From: Lama guanicoe
Lineage: Eukaryota
Length of the DNA stretch: 39,677 nt
Direction of reading: 5' to 3'
NCBI GenBank assembly: GCA_013239625.1
Contig: MU056000.1
Span: 15,404,851 to 15,444,527, forward strand
The translations under genes were made by a program, and so were the position numbers. This document shows, piece after piece, positions 26,153 through 38,989 of this stretch. The notes under the pieces are model-generated. The model was not told the DNA's origin and ran no database searches. It was given only the letters and a program-made list of their open reading frames with translations. How positions within the stretch are numbered: the first letter of the stretch is position 1; every line of letters starts with the position of its first letter.

Positions 26153-26591
26153 TGTGAACGAAAAATACTGCAAACAATATCAGTAAGCAAAGAATGCTGA
26201 AACCATCAAGCCATCAGCGGCTGCTGCCCCTCCCCAGGGAAGACAAGCCTGCAGCCAGGCCTCTGCAGCCACTCACAATGGTGTACCCTGAGGGGACTCA
26301 GAATAAGAAAGGACAGGACACTGATCAATGAGCCGTTTGCATCCTCCCATACATAGAAAAGCACTAAATTCTTTAACTTGAGATGCCTGGTTTTCTATAG
26401 ATAACAAGGAATCTTTTATTGTTCCAACTACCTGGTCTTTGTTGTAAAGCTCTTATATATCCTAGCTCCTCCCCTACCTCTCCGGAGCCCTCCCTCAGAG
26501 CGATCTGAGAGGCTGTCATCCCGGCTGGGGTCTTATCGCCAAATAAAACATAAGTCTCAATTTTTAGGCTGTGCAGTTATTTCAGTTGACT
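26153..26591 (+). mobile_element. Solo ERV LTR, copy 2 (40 bp shorter internally)
   Basis: Same sequence and TSD as 24036-24514, but lacks most of 'gccctagatagcgaggtgcttgtcaaaggaatgaat'. Confidence 0.75.
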
Positions 26592-26822
26592 GTAAAAAAA
26601 ATCCAATAAACCTATTGTTATAATTAGTACTTTCTATAATTTTATATCTATTAAAACTAAAAAAAAAAAAAGGGAAGCAATTATTTGCTTCAAAATTCTC
26701 CAGTCCTATAGACTCTTTTATGCTGGGAAATTCTCTGAGTCACTGCTCCAAGCATTGGGTGAAGGCAGGATGGTCTTCTCATTTTGACTCTTGGGGAATG
26801 GAACAAACAATATGAGGCAGGG

Positions 26823-27384
26823 TGTTCACGGCCCCAAATTCTCAGCCTGGCGGGGCCAGAATTTATGCCTTATGAGTGGGGTTGAATGGAGGAGTAAGCT
26901 CAACCACACCCCCGAGGAATTTAGCTTCTGAAAATGCAGAGTCGGATGAGAAATGCTGGCATCCTGCTGAAGGAGTATCAAGCAAACTAACAAATGGGCT
27001 TCCCTGATGGGAAACTGTTCATTCATTCTTTACTGAGAAGAGCTTTAACCCGGAGGCTATGCTCCAGGAAGGAGATAATGGGCTGATGATGTCAGAAGAA
27101 TGGACAGACCCTCTGGAGTTCCTCCTGAAGATTCATTGAGGTTAAGAGGAATGTAGCACCCCGTAAAAAGCCCTGATTGCTATCACCTTTTCTGTTCCAT
27201 CCAGTTTTTCTATAAAACCTCAAGACCCCAACCCCAAGATGCGCTCACAGTCTTTAAGGCAGTAGCCTGCTCTGACTCTCTTCGACCACAAAGCAATAAA
27301 GCCGCTCTATCCTTTGCTCCCAAAACTCTTCCTCCGAGTTTAAATTCACTTTTCGGGGTGCAGAAGCTGATTTTTCAGTTAACA
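26823..27384 (+). mobile_element. Solo ERV LTR
   Basis: TGTT...AACA termini, TATAAAA at 27211, AATAAA at 27295-27300 and higher GC than the flanks. No clean TSD seen. Confidence 0.65.
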
Positions 27385-28134
27385 TTGCCCCTCCTGTTAA
27401 CATGCTTTATCCCATGATTGAGAGCTGAGGAGAGAGGAGCCATGTTTTCTCAGCCATATCATCCAGAAAGGATTCTCTAAAAGTCAAGCTGGAAGACGGG
27501 AGTGGAAAGGGGGGAGCAGGTCAAGTCCCAAACTCTCTTGCTGTTCTTACCATGTTTTAATAGATCTTCTTGAATGAATATTTCATTTGCTGTACGCTTT
27601 TAGGATATTTTCCAGAGACAGTAAATGGTTGTTTGTAATTTAAAAATAATAATAATAATCGCCATCTATGCTTGCTTCACTGGGGAGTGTGTCCGCAGAG
27701 CTTCTCATGCTGCCGTTGCTTCAGTAGAACCTCCACCAGTTTTTAGAATTCCCTTCTTCTGTTTCATTCACTCCAATTAAACTGAATGCTAATTTTTAAA
27801 GCTCATCTTTATGTACATTGTTGCAGATCTCAGCAGTGAACAGATCCTTTTTGATGCCCCATAGCACTCAAATGTTATGCAGATTTTGGCAAATGTAAGA
27901 CAGCTTACATACTTTCTGTGCCTGTGACTGTCTTTTTTACCCAAGGCTCTTTAAATTTCTTGAAGCCAACTTTATTGATCTCTGTGTTGCCAAGGACCTG
28001 GGCTGTTAATTGCAATTAGCATCTGCAACTTAAATATTATATTGAATTCAATGCACAGACTTAATCTATCTATATAATAGTTAAACATATTTACTTTAAG
28101 GCAATGTATTTAGGGCTTTAAGAATGTCTTATTT

Positions 28135-28246
28135 AGGACAGCCAACTCTTTCTGGTTTGCTGAGGACTTTCTCGGTATTAGTACTGAAAGTCTTGAGATC
28201 CAAAAGATTTCACAGTTCCAGACAAAACTGGGGCAGTTGATCACTT
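28135..28246. mobile_element. MER81-like hAT-Blackjack MITE
   Basis: About 110 bp with an imperfect palindromic layout, 'ccaactctttctggtttgctgaggactttctcggtattagtactgaaagtc...aaaactggggcagttgatcac'. Confidence 0.6.
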
Positions 28247-28589
28247 TACTTCTAGTTAATACTTGCAGCATATGTTATAATTTATAAAGTTGATTCGAAC
28301 AGAATCTACATGCAATGAATCACTGTATACACATGGGTCATTTTTAATTGTAATTTTAAGTTTTTTTATGGTATTATGTTTAAAAACTCAAGAACTTACA
28401 TATTGCATGCATAAAATAATGTACCTAGCTCTGTTTTATCCTTCTATATATCTATCAGTCAAAATCCAATATCTTGGAAGGTGAGTAAGCAAATTTCACT
28501 TATTTAGTCATTTCAGTCTAACACTGACATAGAGTTTGTGTTCCATAAATCAACCACCAGTGAGAGGCAAAGAAATATAGCATGAAGGA

Positions 28590-28790
28590 CATTAAATTTT
28601 CGGACAGAGAGAACTAGGGTGATAGACCAGTTTTTTTCACTTACTTTGTGCAATTAGATTAAGGAATCTTTCTCTCTAATGCCTGTTCTTCTTGTCTTCT
28701 GTAAAATTTGGAAAATAATACCTACCTAGCCGTGTAGTAAGTGTTGAACAGATGAAATGAGATGAGATACGTGTACCTACGTGTAGAATC
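28590..28790 (+). mobile_element. MIR SINE fragment
   Basis: 'tctgtaaaatttggaaaataatacctacct...aaatgagatgag' is MIR core-like. Confidence 0.5.
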
Positions 28791-31259
28791 ATGCATGTGG
28801 GGTGTGTACATTCATGTACGTGTGTGTGTAGCCTTTCCTCCCTCTCTCTTTTGATATGATTATTTGTATTACTTTTCTGTTAAAAAAAAAAAACTCTTCC
28901 TAACAAATGTATGCTTTGTTCTAGAACCAAGTTGTGAGGTATGTAGGCTTCAACTTTAAAATATTGGAACTACAAAGCCCCCACAACCCCCTGACGTACA
29001 AACCGTGAAATATAGCCCCTTGAAGTACAAAATACAGACTCAATTGTGTTTGGTTCTCATTCACTATTTTCTGGCATCTAGTTTTTATCTCCATCACCCT
29101 GTGATATTTGGAACTCCCTTTCTCCAAATGTTATCATCTCAGAAAGCTTACTGACATTTTTTCTGGTCAGATGCTTAGTGCTAGGTCCTGGCATCTTCCT
29201 AAGGTCCTCCCTTTGTGTGACTGGCTGACCCCTGTGCCTGGCTGAGTGATAGACAGGAGACGGCCACCATTTTCTGTTGTGATATTTTGCCCACTCTAGC
29301 GACTAGGAGACATTGGTAAGAAATGACCATCAGTGAACTGACGATCAACTCACTCCTACATTTCCTGGATATGTTCAGAGAAGACACAACCAGGTTCTAA
29401 AACATCCAGATCAGTTTCAGGAGAAACACCATCCCAGAGTAAGCCATCACTTGTTTGCTCTGGGTTTGCTGCAATCAACATCCATTCTAAGGGTAGATAA
29501 ATATTTTCATTGCAATTGATTACACCAGTATAATATAAACTGTCTAATTTGGCCCATCTCACCAGTTTAAATGAGCAAAACCTTTAGATACAGATTGCAT
29601 TTCAATCATCTTATACTTATTTGGTGAGTACATAAGATTCAAATAAAAAAAGATGTTCATGATCTATATATAATGCCTCAAATCTATAGTTCATAGAAAT
29701 ATGCACAGTGACTGTTGCTAAGAAACCTGTTTTAACAAGTGAATGGAAGTCAAAGATTAATGCTTGACAAAGAACAATTTTATTACTTTTCTATAAATGA
29801 GTTTTCAGAAATGCCTTAAAAAGTTTTATTCTCTTCATTAGGTAAGCATTCCCTTTAAAACTGTTTCTTTTAATTTGCCTGATAACTTTTTCAGAGTTAA
29901 TGGAAAAGCTAACTTTGACCCTCTTCCAATTTGCCAACACATTTTGTAAAAAGTACTTGACGGTACAGAGTTCCGTTAAGAGTGTTACATCTCATTCTTT
30001 AAGTGATAACAACATAGGAATAATGACTCAGGTCGAGGTAAGAAATATTATTTTGTTCAGGTAATAGTAATAGATCAAAATCTCTTCACCTCTTATTCAC
30101 TGTTTGATTATTTTAAAATTTTTTCTTTTTATTTGGTCTGGTAGCTAAATGAAAGTAAACTCAATTCAATTTATTTCTATAAACATTTTACTGAGAACTT
30201 AAGTCACATACAACACTTAGATTGCAATTGCTTCATCAACATCACAATTTAAATAGGTTTTCTCAGGAATCCCAATATGTTTCTAACTTTGTTAAATAGT
30301 AGTTGCTAATTTCCTAGGTGTTTCTTTCAATTTCTTTTTCCTAATCATCCTTTTCATTCTTACTTTCCTCATAGCAGAATTAAGTTAAATTTCAGTTTAG
30401 ATAGCTTTCCTTGTTTGTTTTAAATGTTTAATGAGAAATTCAGCACTTGATCAAATTACTAAATTAATAAAAGCACAACTTTTGTCTCCTTAAATTCCAT
30501 TTGGAGGCATACAATATGAGTAAAACAGAATTCTAAAGAAAAAGAAATACACGCAGTCGCCTGTGCAGAGTGTTTGGAATAGTTGCAGGTATATAAATAA
30601 AGCCCATAGTTATCATATCTTAAAGAATCAAATATTGTACATTTTTTACTGATTTGTTTGGACTTTCTATTTTGTTCAATAAGCTACCGAAAACTATGAA
30701 ATTTAATTTGTATTTTCAACAATTCTAGAATTACAAAGCAACTCAAAAACCTAGATAAATATTTCAATTAACTTTTAGCATCAGAGCAATTAGAACTTTG
30801 ACCTTTAGAATCTGGATGCTTCTGTTCAAATCATTTTCCCATCCTTACTGAAAGCACAATTGGATCTTCCTGAGCTTCAGTTTCTCCCTCTGTAAAATAG
30901 TAGCTGTGATGTTTAAGCAACTCTGACCAAGGAGCTCAGCCCTAAGACATAACCAAGAAGTTACTATGATGTCACTATATGTCATTAGTTAATTGCCACT
31001 GAAACAAACAAAAGTAAACTTGATCATCTTGGTGCATGTTCTTTGCAACAACTCCTTTTATATTGATTGTCAGTGAATTGGTCATTTGAAGAGGAAAGCA
31101 AAATAAGTTTATTCACAAAGGAATTTCTAATTCTCCATAGTGAGTTAAATTCTCCATCAACAATTTCTGAAACGAGTTACTCTTAGTTAATCATTCAGTT
31201 AGTATAAATGTAGAGAGAATGCTATTTTTCACAGTGCAAACAAAATAAGCAGGGTAGAC

Positions 31260-31776
31260 TGTGAGGCCATCTGGCGCCCTTCAAAGTCCAATGACCCCCA
31301 TCCCTGGGCCCCCAGATGTCCACCTGCAGCCCCTCTAAAGATAAAGTACATTCTTTTCAGATGTGTGTTTGCCATAGCAGAACTAATAGCCCTAGGAAAT
31401 GGCTACTTTCACAATAGCTCAGGCTGGTTTGTTTCAACTCATGTCTCCTCCTTATTGAAGTCATAAATCCCACTGTCCCTTCATGGACCCATAACTTTCT
31501 CATCTCTTCATCAACCAATCAGCGAACTATGGACAAATGGATCATGCACCCTGTGAGTACCTTTGTGCCTGGCGTCACATAAGCACAAGGGGTTTAAAGG
31601 GTACCTCCCCTTATATAGCCCTCAGCAACTGACCCTTGGTGCACACACAGGCACCTCCCATCTGTGTGGCCCGCTGTTGTCTGTGGCAGTCTACCTAATA
31701 AACTTTTCTTTCACTTGCTTTGTTTCTGATAAATTATTTTACCACCCACAGTATCAGCCTGCCTTGCCCCACAACA
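31260..31776 (+). mobile_element. Solo LTR (ERVL-like), inserted in the left arm of an inverted repeat
   Basis: TGT...ACA termini, AATAAA near 31697, and a 5-bp near-TSD tagac/tatac. Confidence 0.7.
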
Positions 31777-33956
31777 TATACTAGTAAAGGGATTTCCTTT
31801 CTTCAATATTGTCAACTACAAAGACAATCTCCCTGTAAGAAGGAGATTCTGATGGATGAATGACATGATAAGAGCGTGTCTGAAGCTTATGTGCACTCGA
31901 TTGCTTCAATGGAGGTAGATTCTGCTGAGTTTCTGGGCAATGGCTAAGCAGAAGGATCAAGGGGAGATTATAGATATGTGGACCAAGTCACTGATAAACA
32001 ACTCAGAAGTAGCATTACAAAAATCTGAAAATGAGGTTTACCCCAACTCAACTTTTCTCTTTACCTTTGTGCACACAATTCTAATCCCACCAGTAGAATA
32101 GTTTCTCACCCTCTATTTCATCTCCTTCATCCAATACTTTGAGAATGTATATTTTGTAGAAAAATCCTTTATCACCTGTATTTCTTGCAAATATATTAAA
32201 GTTCACAATGTGAATGTTAAAGGAAAGAGATAAGGTAAGCAGTGCTCAAAAAGGATTAACTATTTTATCTTAATACATGTATTATGTAACATTATGGATA
32301 AAGTGCTTTCTCCCAATTGCTGTCAGAATCTTCAATATTTTCTAAGACAACAGTCCATAAAAATAAAATATTTTGTTTTCTGTTAAATAGTAAAAACTAG
32401 AGTATGAATGATTAGAGCTATATCAAACAAGAAATTGGACTCAACACAAGGACTCAACATTTTCAAAGCTCATCTTAAAAAATCAAGTGTGTTAGTCTCT
32501 TTATCAGAAACTATCTTTCATGAATTATTTAATTAATTCAAAGTGGAGATTACAGCTAGCATTTAACAATAGCCAGGACTAAGTACTGCTAAAAGAAATA
32601 CTGTAAATTTTTTAGATTATTTGAAACTATACAGAGAACATAAGTGTACAAAGAATCCAAAAAGTGTTAAATAAAAAAAAAATAGGGAGATTGTGTACAA
32701 ATGGTAGACATGGAAAGAAAAAGCAGAGAGAACATAATATTGCAAAATATTTCAAGGAAGCTCCAGGAAAAAAAATAAATAAAAATGAACGTGGAATTTA
32801 GACACTGCAGTGGTAGCTAAATGTGTTAATATGTGGAGAGTTTGCCCTATTTGACTTTTTCACAGCTGTGCTGTACACTTAGTGTCCAAAGGGCTCTCTA
32901 GAGAATTGTTTTTTGAAGCTGATTTTTGTATGATGTCTACTTGCAAATGTACTGATGGGATTTAGTTTCCATTAACTCCATTTATAGAAACTAAAGAACT
33001 AAGAAGCCATTTTACAAAGAAACAAAAAAAAAAAAAAAGAAAAAGTATATTCTTAACTACATTGTGCTAAAATAGCAGAGATTAAGACCTAGGAAGATTA
33101 TATCCAAACACCCAGGTCTACAAACTCTTATAAAATAAAAAGAACTAATGTACTTATATACCTAGGACTGGATCTATATTTGCCTATAATCAATTAAAAA
33201 ACACAAATGCATACAATACACATACAGAAATATTCTCCATTTCATTAGCACATTGCTTTCTATATTAGGATAAATATATTACATCAAGAACATTTTAAAA
33301 TTAAATTAATTTTCATACAGTATTTGAGAGAAGAAGGAAATATTTTTAACTCTCAAGTGCTCTTTCATTTTCTGCATTTTGAAGGCGGTAGTTATAAAAG
33401 TGAATACATACTTATGCAATAAGCCAAAAATGATAGATACTATGTTAGAGTTATATGGTGTCTTTAGTGAGTATGAAAGACATGAAAAAGACAATACTGA
33501 GGAAGAAAGAGAAGTGAGTTAGAATAGGCAATGAGGATACACATGGTTTTGCCTAAAATCACAGACGTTTAGGATTAAGGGGATGAAACAGAGAGTGAGA
33601 TACTGTGTTAACTGGGCAAAATTTAATCGTGTGAACAAAAGTAAAGAGAAAGGCTGAATTTTGATGACCATCATTTTCAGATTTCTTAAAGCTAGTTCTG
33701 AGTTTTGGAATTTATCAGGTTTGCTTATCTGTAATTTCTCCTCTTCTTCCTGGGTAGCCACTGCCCAGAAACTCAGCAGAAGTTAGAATCACTGAGACAA
33801 TTGAGTATATATAAGCACCAGACATGCTGTTATCAAGTAATTCATGCAACATAATCTCCCTTTTACAACGAGATATGAACTGTAGTTGACAATATTAAAG
33901 AAAGGAAAAGCTTTTGTTATTTATTTTTGTTTGCACTGTAAAAAAATAGCATTCTT

Positions 33957-34985
33957 AAAACTAAACAGTATGAAAATAAACAATCCAGTTAAAAATGAGG
34001 CAAAGACCTTAACAAATATCTTATCAAAGAAGATATGCTGACGGCAAATAAGCACATGAAAAGATACTCCCATTATATGTCATCAAGGAAATGAGAACTG
34101 AAACAATAATGAGGTACCACTACATACTTACTAGAATGGCCAAAACCCGGAACACTGACAACACCAAATGCTGAAAAGGATGTGGAGCAACAGATCCTCT
34201 CATTCATTGCTGGTGGGAATGCAAAATGGTACAGCCACTTTGGGAGAGAGTTTGGAGGCCTCTTACAAATCTAAACATACTCTTACCCTATGATCCCACA
34301 ACTGTACTCCTTGGTATTGACACAAAGGAATGGACAATTTATGTCCACATTAAAAACTTGTACATGGATACTTATACAGCTTTATTAGTAATTCCTAGGA
34401 CCTGAAAACAATCAAGATGTTCAGTAGGTGAGTGGATAAACAAACTGAGGTATACCCAGATGACAGACCATTATTTAGCACTAAAAATATGAGCATCAAG
34501 CCATGACAAGATATGGAGGAAGCTTTATGCATAATTTTAAGGGAAAGATGCCAATTTGAAAAGACTACATACAGTATGACTCCAACTATAAGACACTGTG
34601 GAAAATCTGAACTATGGAGACAACAAAAAGGTCAGGGATTGGTGGCGGGAGGGATGAATTGACAGAAAGGGGATTTTCAGGGCATTGAAAATACTTTGTA
34701 TGATATTATAATCATGGATATATGTCATAAGAAACTTATTCAAATCTGTTGGCTGTACAACACCAAGAGTGAATCCTAAGGTTAACTATGGACTCTGGAT
34801 GATTATGATGTGTCAGTGTAGGTTCATCACTGTGATAAATGAACCACTTCGGTGGCAGATGTTGATAATGGGGGAGGCTATGCATGTGTGGGGGCAGGGG
34901 GTATGTGTGAAATCTCTGTATGTTTTCTCAGGTTTGCTGTGAACCTAAACTGCTTGAAAAGTATAAAACCAATAAAAATTTGTAA
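33957..34985 (+). mobile_element. L1MC-like 3' fragment (ORF2 end plus 3'UTR)
   Basis: 'aacactgacaacaccaaatgctg', 'cattcattgctggtgggaatgcaaaatggtacagccacttt', 'ccaagagtgaatcctaaggttaactatggactct', and an A-rich tail. Confidence 0.88.
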
Positions 34986-35645
34986 AATATAAAACATTTA
35001 TACCAATGCTCCATTTAATCCTCACAAATTTTAATTTTTACTATTTAATTCAGTTAATATTTAAAATTATATGTGTTGCTCTCTAGGATGCCACTTGATA
35101 AGTGGGTCCTCTGTTTCCTTCCCACTCTCTAAGCTTGTTTTGTAGTTGAGTTTAGATTTTTGTCCACATAACACAATTTCTGGTGGATTGGAAAGGGCCC
35201 TCAAATGAAAACCAGCTACTTTGATAGCTTCTTAATCCACAATGAAACAAATCAATTCTGATTGACTACAAAAATGATCCCAAAAGTGTATTGAACTGAC
35301 CAGATTTGGGATATAAGATAATTTTAAGTGCAATTCATATGGACATTTATATTTTAACAGTTTCAATTATTTTATTTATTACTTTCTACTTATGGTAATT
35401 GATAATGGTTTTCTACTTATTAATCAGTTTCACTACTTGATCTTAAGCGATGGGTTTTGGTTGGACATATCATCAAACAAAAGGAGGTAACATGAAAAAT
35501 AAACTATTCAATTTGTTCTATTAAATACTACAATTTTAAATTTATACCTGTAAGTTTATATACATAAAATAAATTTTTAGTTTACATTATCAGTCTCTTA
35601 CCATCCAACACTTCTTACATGGTGTGAGTTTAAAACTAAACTGTC

Positions 35646-35886
35646 CATCCCCAACCCTTAATTTATCCCTCTCCAGCCCCCTGGATTAACAGACTCACAT
35701 TTATATTTTATATAAAATAGATACAACAAGGACCTACTGTACAGTACAGGGAACTGTATTTGATTTCTTATAATAACATATAATGGTAAAGAATCTGAAA
35801 GCAAAAAACATTAATATATATGTATATGTATAACTGAATCACTTTGCTATACACATGAAACTAATATTATACATCTACACTTAAAA
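35646..35886 (+). mobile_element. Short L1 3' end with inverted 5' segment and TSD
   Basis: 35646-35682 is the reverse complement of the L1 3'UTR G-rich motif (compare 22601-22636). Sense L1 runs from 35683. TSD aaaactaaactgtc (35632-35645) / aaagctgaactgtc (35887-35900) at a TT/AAAA site. Confidence 0.8.
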
Positions 35887-37005
35887 AAAGCTGAACTGTC
35901 TATTTTCTCATTTTATACACAAAAATAATTTGATTAAATTTTATTTCGAAATTCATTCGTAGAATAACTAAGATTTTTACATGTTTGGAACAAAAGAGAA
36001 GTAGCACGTACTGAGCAAAATTATCCACGAAAATCTCTCTGTAACTTAAATCACGTATATCCAAAACAAATGTTAATTTCCAATGTCATTGAAGAGTCAC
36101 CTGTTTTAAATTTTGTTTCTTAAGCGACTGCTGCTGTGAGAATCCCCACCTCACTAATGTCAGTACATGCATTACACTCTTACTTGACTCAACTGGAAAT
36201 CATTCCCATGAACCAGACAGTAAGAGTGTCAAAGGATACAGAATATTAGAGTCAGGAAATCAGCGTATCTAAAGGCAAAGGCTAGAATAAGTAAAGGAAA
36301 CAATAACTAGAAATTAAGCTCAGGGCAAGGAGAGGACAGGACACAGTATGTCTGGGGACATTACACTTAACTAAACCTTTCTTCTAACCTGTGTCGGTCC
36401 TTGGTTAATGCCACTGCTTTTTGGCTGTTTGCTATGGTCAGTGATAATGAACTAATAATATTAATAAAATACCTCCTTGTATGGAACAACCTAGTCTTAA
36501 ATTAATGCCTTGCACAGTAACCCTGTGAAAAGATGGTAAAGCACAGGAAAATAAAACAGAGTATACCTACACATGCCAAAGAATTCATCATTTGGATGCT
36601 TGTTTTTTCTAACATATTTTTACTCTCATTCTTAAGTGAGCAAACATGTTTTCAGACCAAGAAGAGATGATTCATACCTCAGATTCCACAACTGACATGA
36701 TTCAAGTTTACTGTTTACTCCAAGGACATGGAAGTAAGACAACTTTCATGCTGATTCTAAAGCACCCCCGTCTTTTGACACCCCCTCACGGGGATCAGTT
36801 AGATCCATCTGTGCCCGCAGCTTTAGTGAGTCGGGCTGCTGCCATTAAAGTAAGACTGGGGGTGCTCCTTTACTTTACATAAGGTAGCACTTATCCAACA
36901 CTAGCTTCCGTGACATTAAGAAATAAATAAAAATTAAAAATTAGGCCTGTAGCTGGAGAATTTCTGTAATCTGTAGCCTGCCTTTATTCTTCACACAGGG
37001 GTCTT

Positions 37006-37145
37006 TTTCTTTTTTTTTACCATTTTTGTTTTGTGTTTTGGAGGGCAGGTAATTAGGTTTACTTATTTTATTTAACAGGGGTACTGGGGATCAAACCTCT
37101 GACCTCGTGCATGCTAAGAGTTCATTCCACCACTGAGCTCCCCCC
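37006..37145 (-). mobile_element. tRNA-derived SINE, camelid Vic-1-like
   Basis: Minus strand: ggggagctcagtgg (A box) ... cttagcatgcacgaggtc ... ggtttgatcccc (B box) agtacc ... aaataaataagtaaacctaattacc, then an A tail. TSD tcacacaggggtctt / tcacactaaggtctt. Confidence 0.85.
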
Positions 37146-38989
37146 TCACACTAAGGTCTTGATTCTAATCATTTTCTTACATTTAGAAGTTTGTAATTCT
37201 CACCTTATCTTTACTAGGTGTTTTTTTTTTAATTTATAGACTCTGATTTTTTGTTTTTTAAGTATTTCATTAAAATAATATTTTATTAATATTTTGACCT
37301 CATATACTTTTATCAGTATTCAGGAACAGAACATACAGGAAATCAAACAACTTAGCATGTTCTCTAAGGCATCGGGTCCCACCATGTCCCCAGATTCTCA
37401 TCCTTGGAACTGTAGAGTTTCTATTCATATTTATTTACCTTTTTCTCACTTTCTTAACAACCTTCAATATTTCTTCCATTCTGTTTATATTCTTGAAATT
37501 ACCTGTGAATCTAATCTAGGCACCTTCCACTTTCACAGTTACCAACAGCACACTCAGGGTGTTCAGAAACAAGACTGATGATTGATGGCAGGGTAACGTG
37601 TAACAACCACTAATGGAACAGATTGTTGAGAAAGCCCCTGTGAACACTGGTGATCAATAAATACACTTTTCTGGAGTTTAAGTGAGAGTGAATCACGTTG
37701 TAATATGTGCATGCAGAACAACCTGAACCCAACAGGAAACTAGCCAACAGTCAACCTATTCTTCTTCCCTTTCCAAGATGAATGTGCTCTCAGCGCTCTC
37801 TCTTGATCACAGACATGCTTCAAGAAAGAAAGTTCTCAGGCCACTTTGGGGGATGGATTCAGATAAATACAATGACAGAGCTCCCAAGCCATTTCCTGAG
37901 ATTGTCCCCTATGCTAGGAATGTGTTGAGGCCACTGCTGAAAGGTCGATCCTTTGTTTTTTAATCAGTAAGTACACCACGGCTTAAAATCTTATAAGATA
38001 TGTGTCTATGTATTTTCCCTATGTCAAGAGAGCAGCGTTTTGCTTTAAAAGCCAACAGTATGTTCTCTGGTTTGGTTTTTCTATACTTAGCTTCAACCCT
38101 TTAGAATGGGGAGATTCAGGACAAATCACGTTTCTCTCTCTCCCTTTCTTTCTTCTTTTTTTTTGTTTTTTTGTTTATCTGTTTTCCAGTACTTGTAGGC
38201 ATGTGGCATGTGGCAAGGATTACGCATTGAAGAAGCAAATTTGAATCAAAACAAGTCTGAGTCTGTGTTGTAGGATGCATGCGTAAGCGAGGAAAAGGGG
38301 AAACTGCGCTGCTTACAGCAGTAGTGCAAGTGGCATTTATGGGTTTGGGTGGGGTTTAGGGGAGCAGTATTTTCTTACACTTTCTACTGATTGCTTTGTT
38401 GACTTACTACCCAGCAGCCTTATGTCAGTAAGGAACTGCAAAGTCTGGGCTTTGAGCGACTCCACAATTCCCTTACCTTAGGAGTGACTCAAACTGTGCT
38501 TCCATCAGCAGATACAACTGTCACAGTGAAAAAAATGAACTGCAAATTAAAAGTGGTAAAACTATCTTTTTTAAAACCGTAACTCTGGGTAGGGGACAGA
38601 GATTTTAGAGTAATAATGCCTTCTATATCTACGATAATTCAGGCACGGTGAAAGTACCTTACTAAACTTATTCATGAGGATCATCCATTTAGATTGCATT
38701 ATTAAATATCTTTTATGGGTAAAAAATTGATGTTGGTTAGCTTGAGTGACAAGTCCAACAGCACATCACTGCTCAGCTGTTACAGGGATTGCTAGCACAT
38801 ATTTTGGTTCAAATCCTATGATTTTTCCTCTATTCTTATACTTACCATGTAAAGTTATTACACTTGCAAGCATTATGTTCATTGCATGAACTAACTCCTT
38901 CACGCAAGCCCAGTCAGAGTTTTGTATTGTTCTCTTTTGTTTTCTTTCTCTTTCTGACACACAGAATAGAAAACATCTATTTTTCTTAC

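Larger units (their letters stand above)
22872..26600. repeat. Direct duplication 22872-24523 / 24980-26600 flanking an assembly gap
   Basis: Near-identical blocks (about 7 substitutions, a net +9 bp and a net -40 bp indel) abutting both sides of the N run. Confidence 0.95.
31201..35003. repeat. Ancient long inverted repeat: left arm ~31201-31259 + 31782-32135, right arm ~33570-33956 + ~34993-35003
   Basis: Collinear reverse-complement matches, e.g. gaatgctatttttcacagtgcaaacaaaa, tttcctttcttcaatattgtcaactaca, ttctgctgagtttctgggca, actcagaagtagc...aaatctgaaaatga and tctcaccctctatttcatc, each with a near-match on the opposite strand at 33570-33956. Confidence 0.85.

Noticed and set aside
37085..37145. 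tRNA gene
   Set aside because: The tRNA-like head is degenerate and attached to a SINE tail, poly(A) and TSD.
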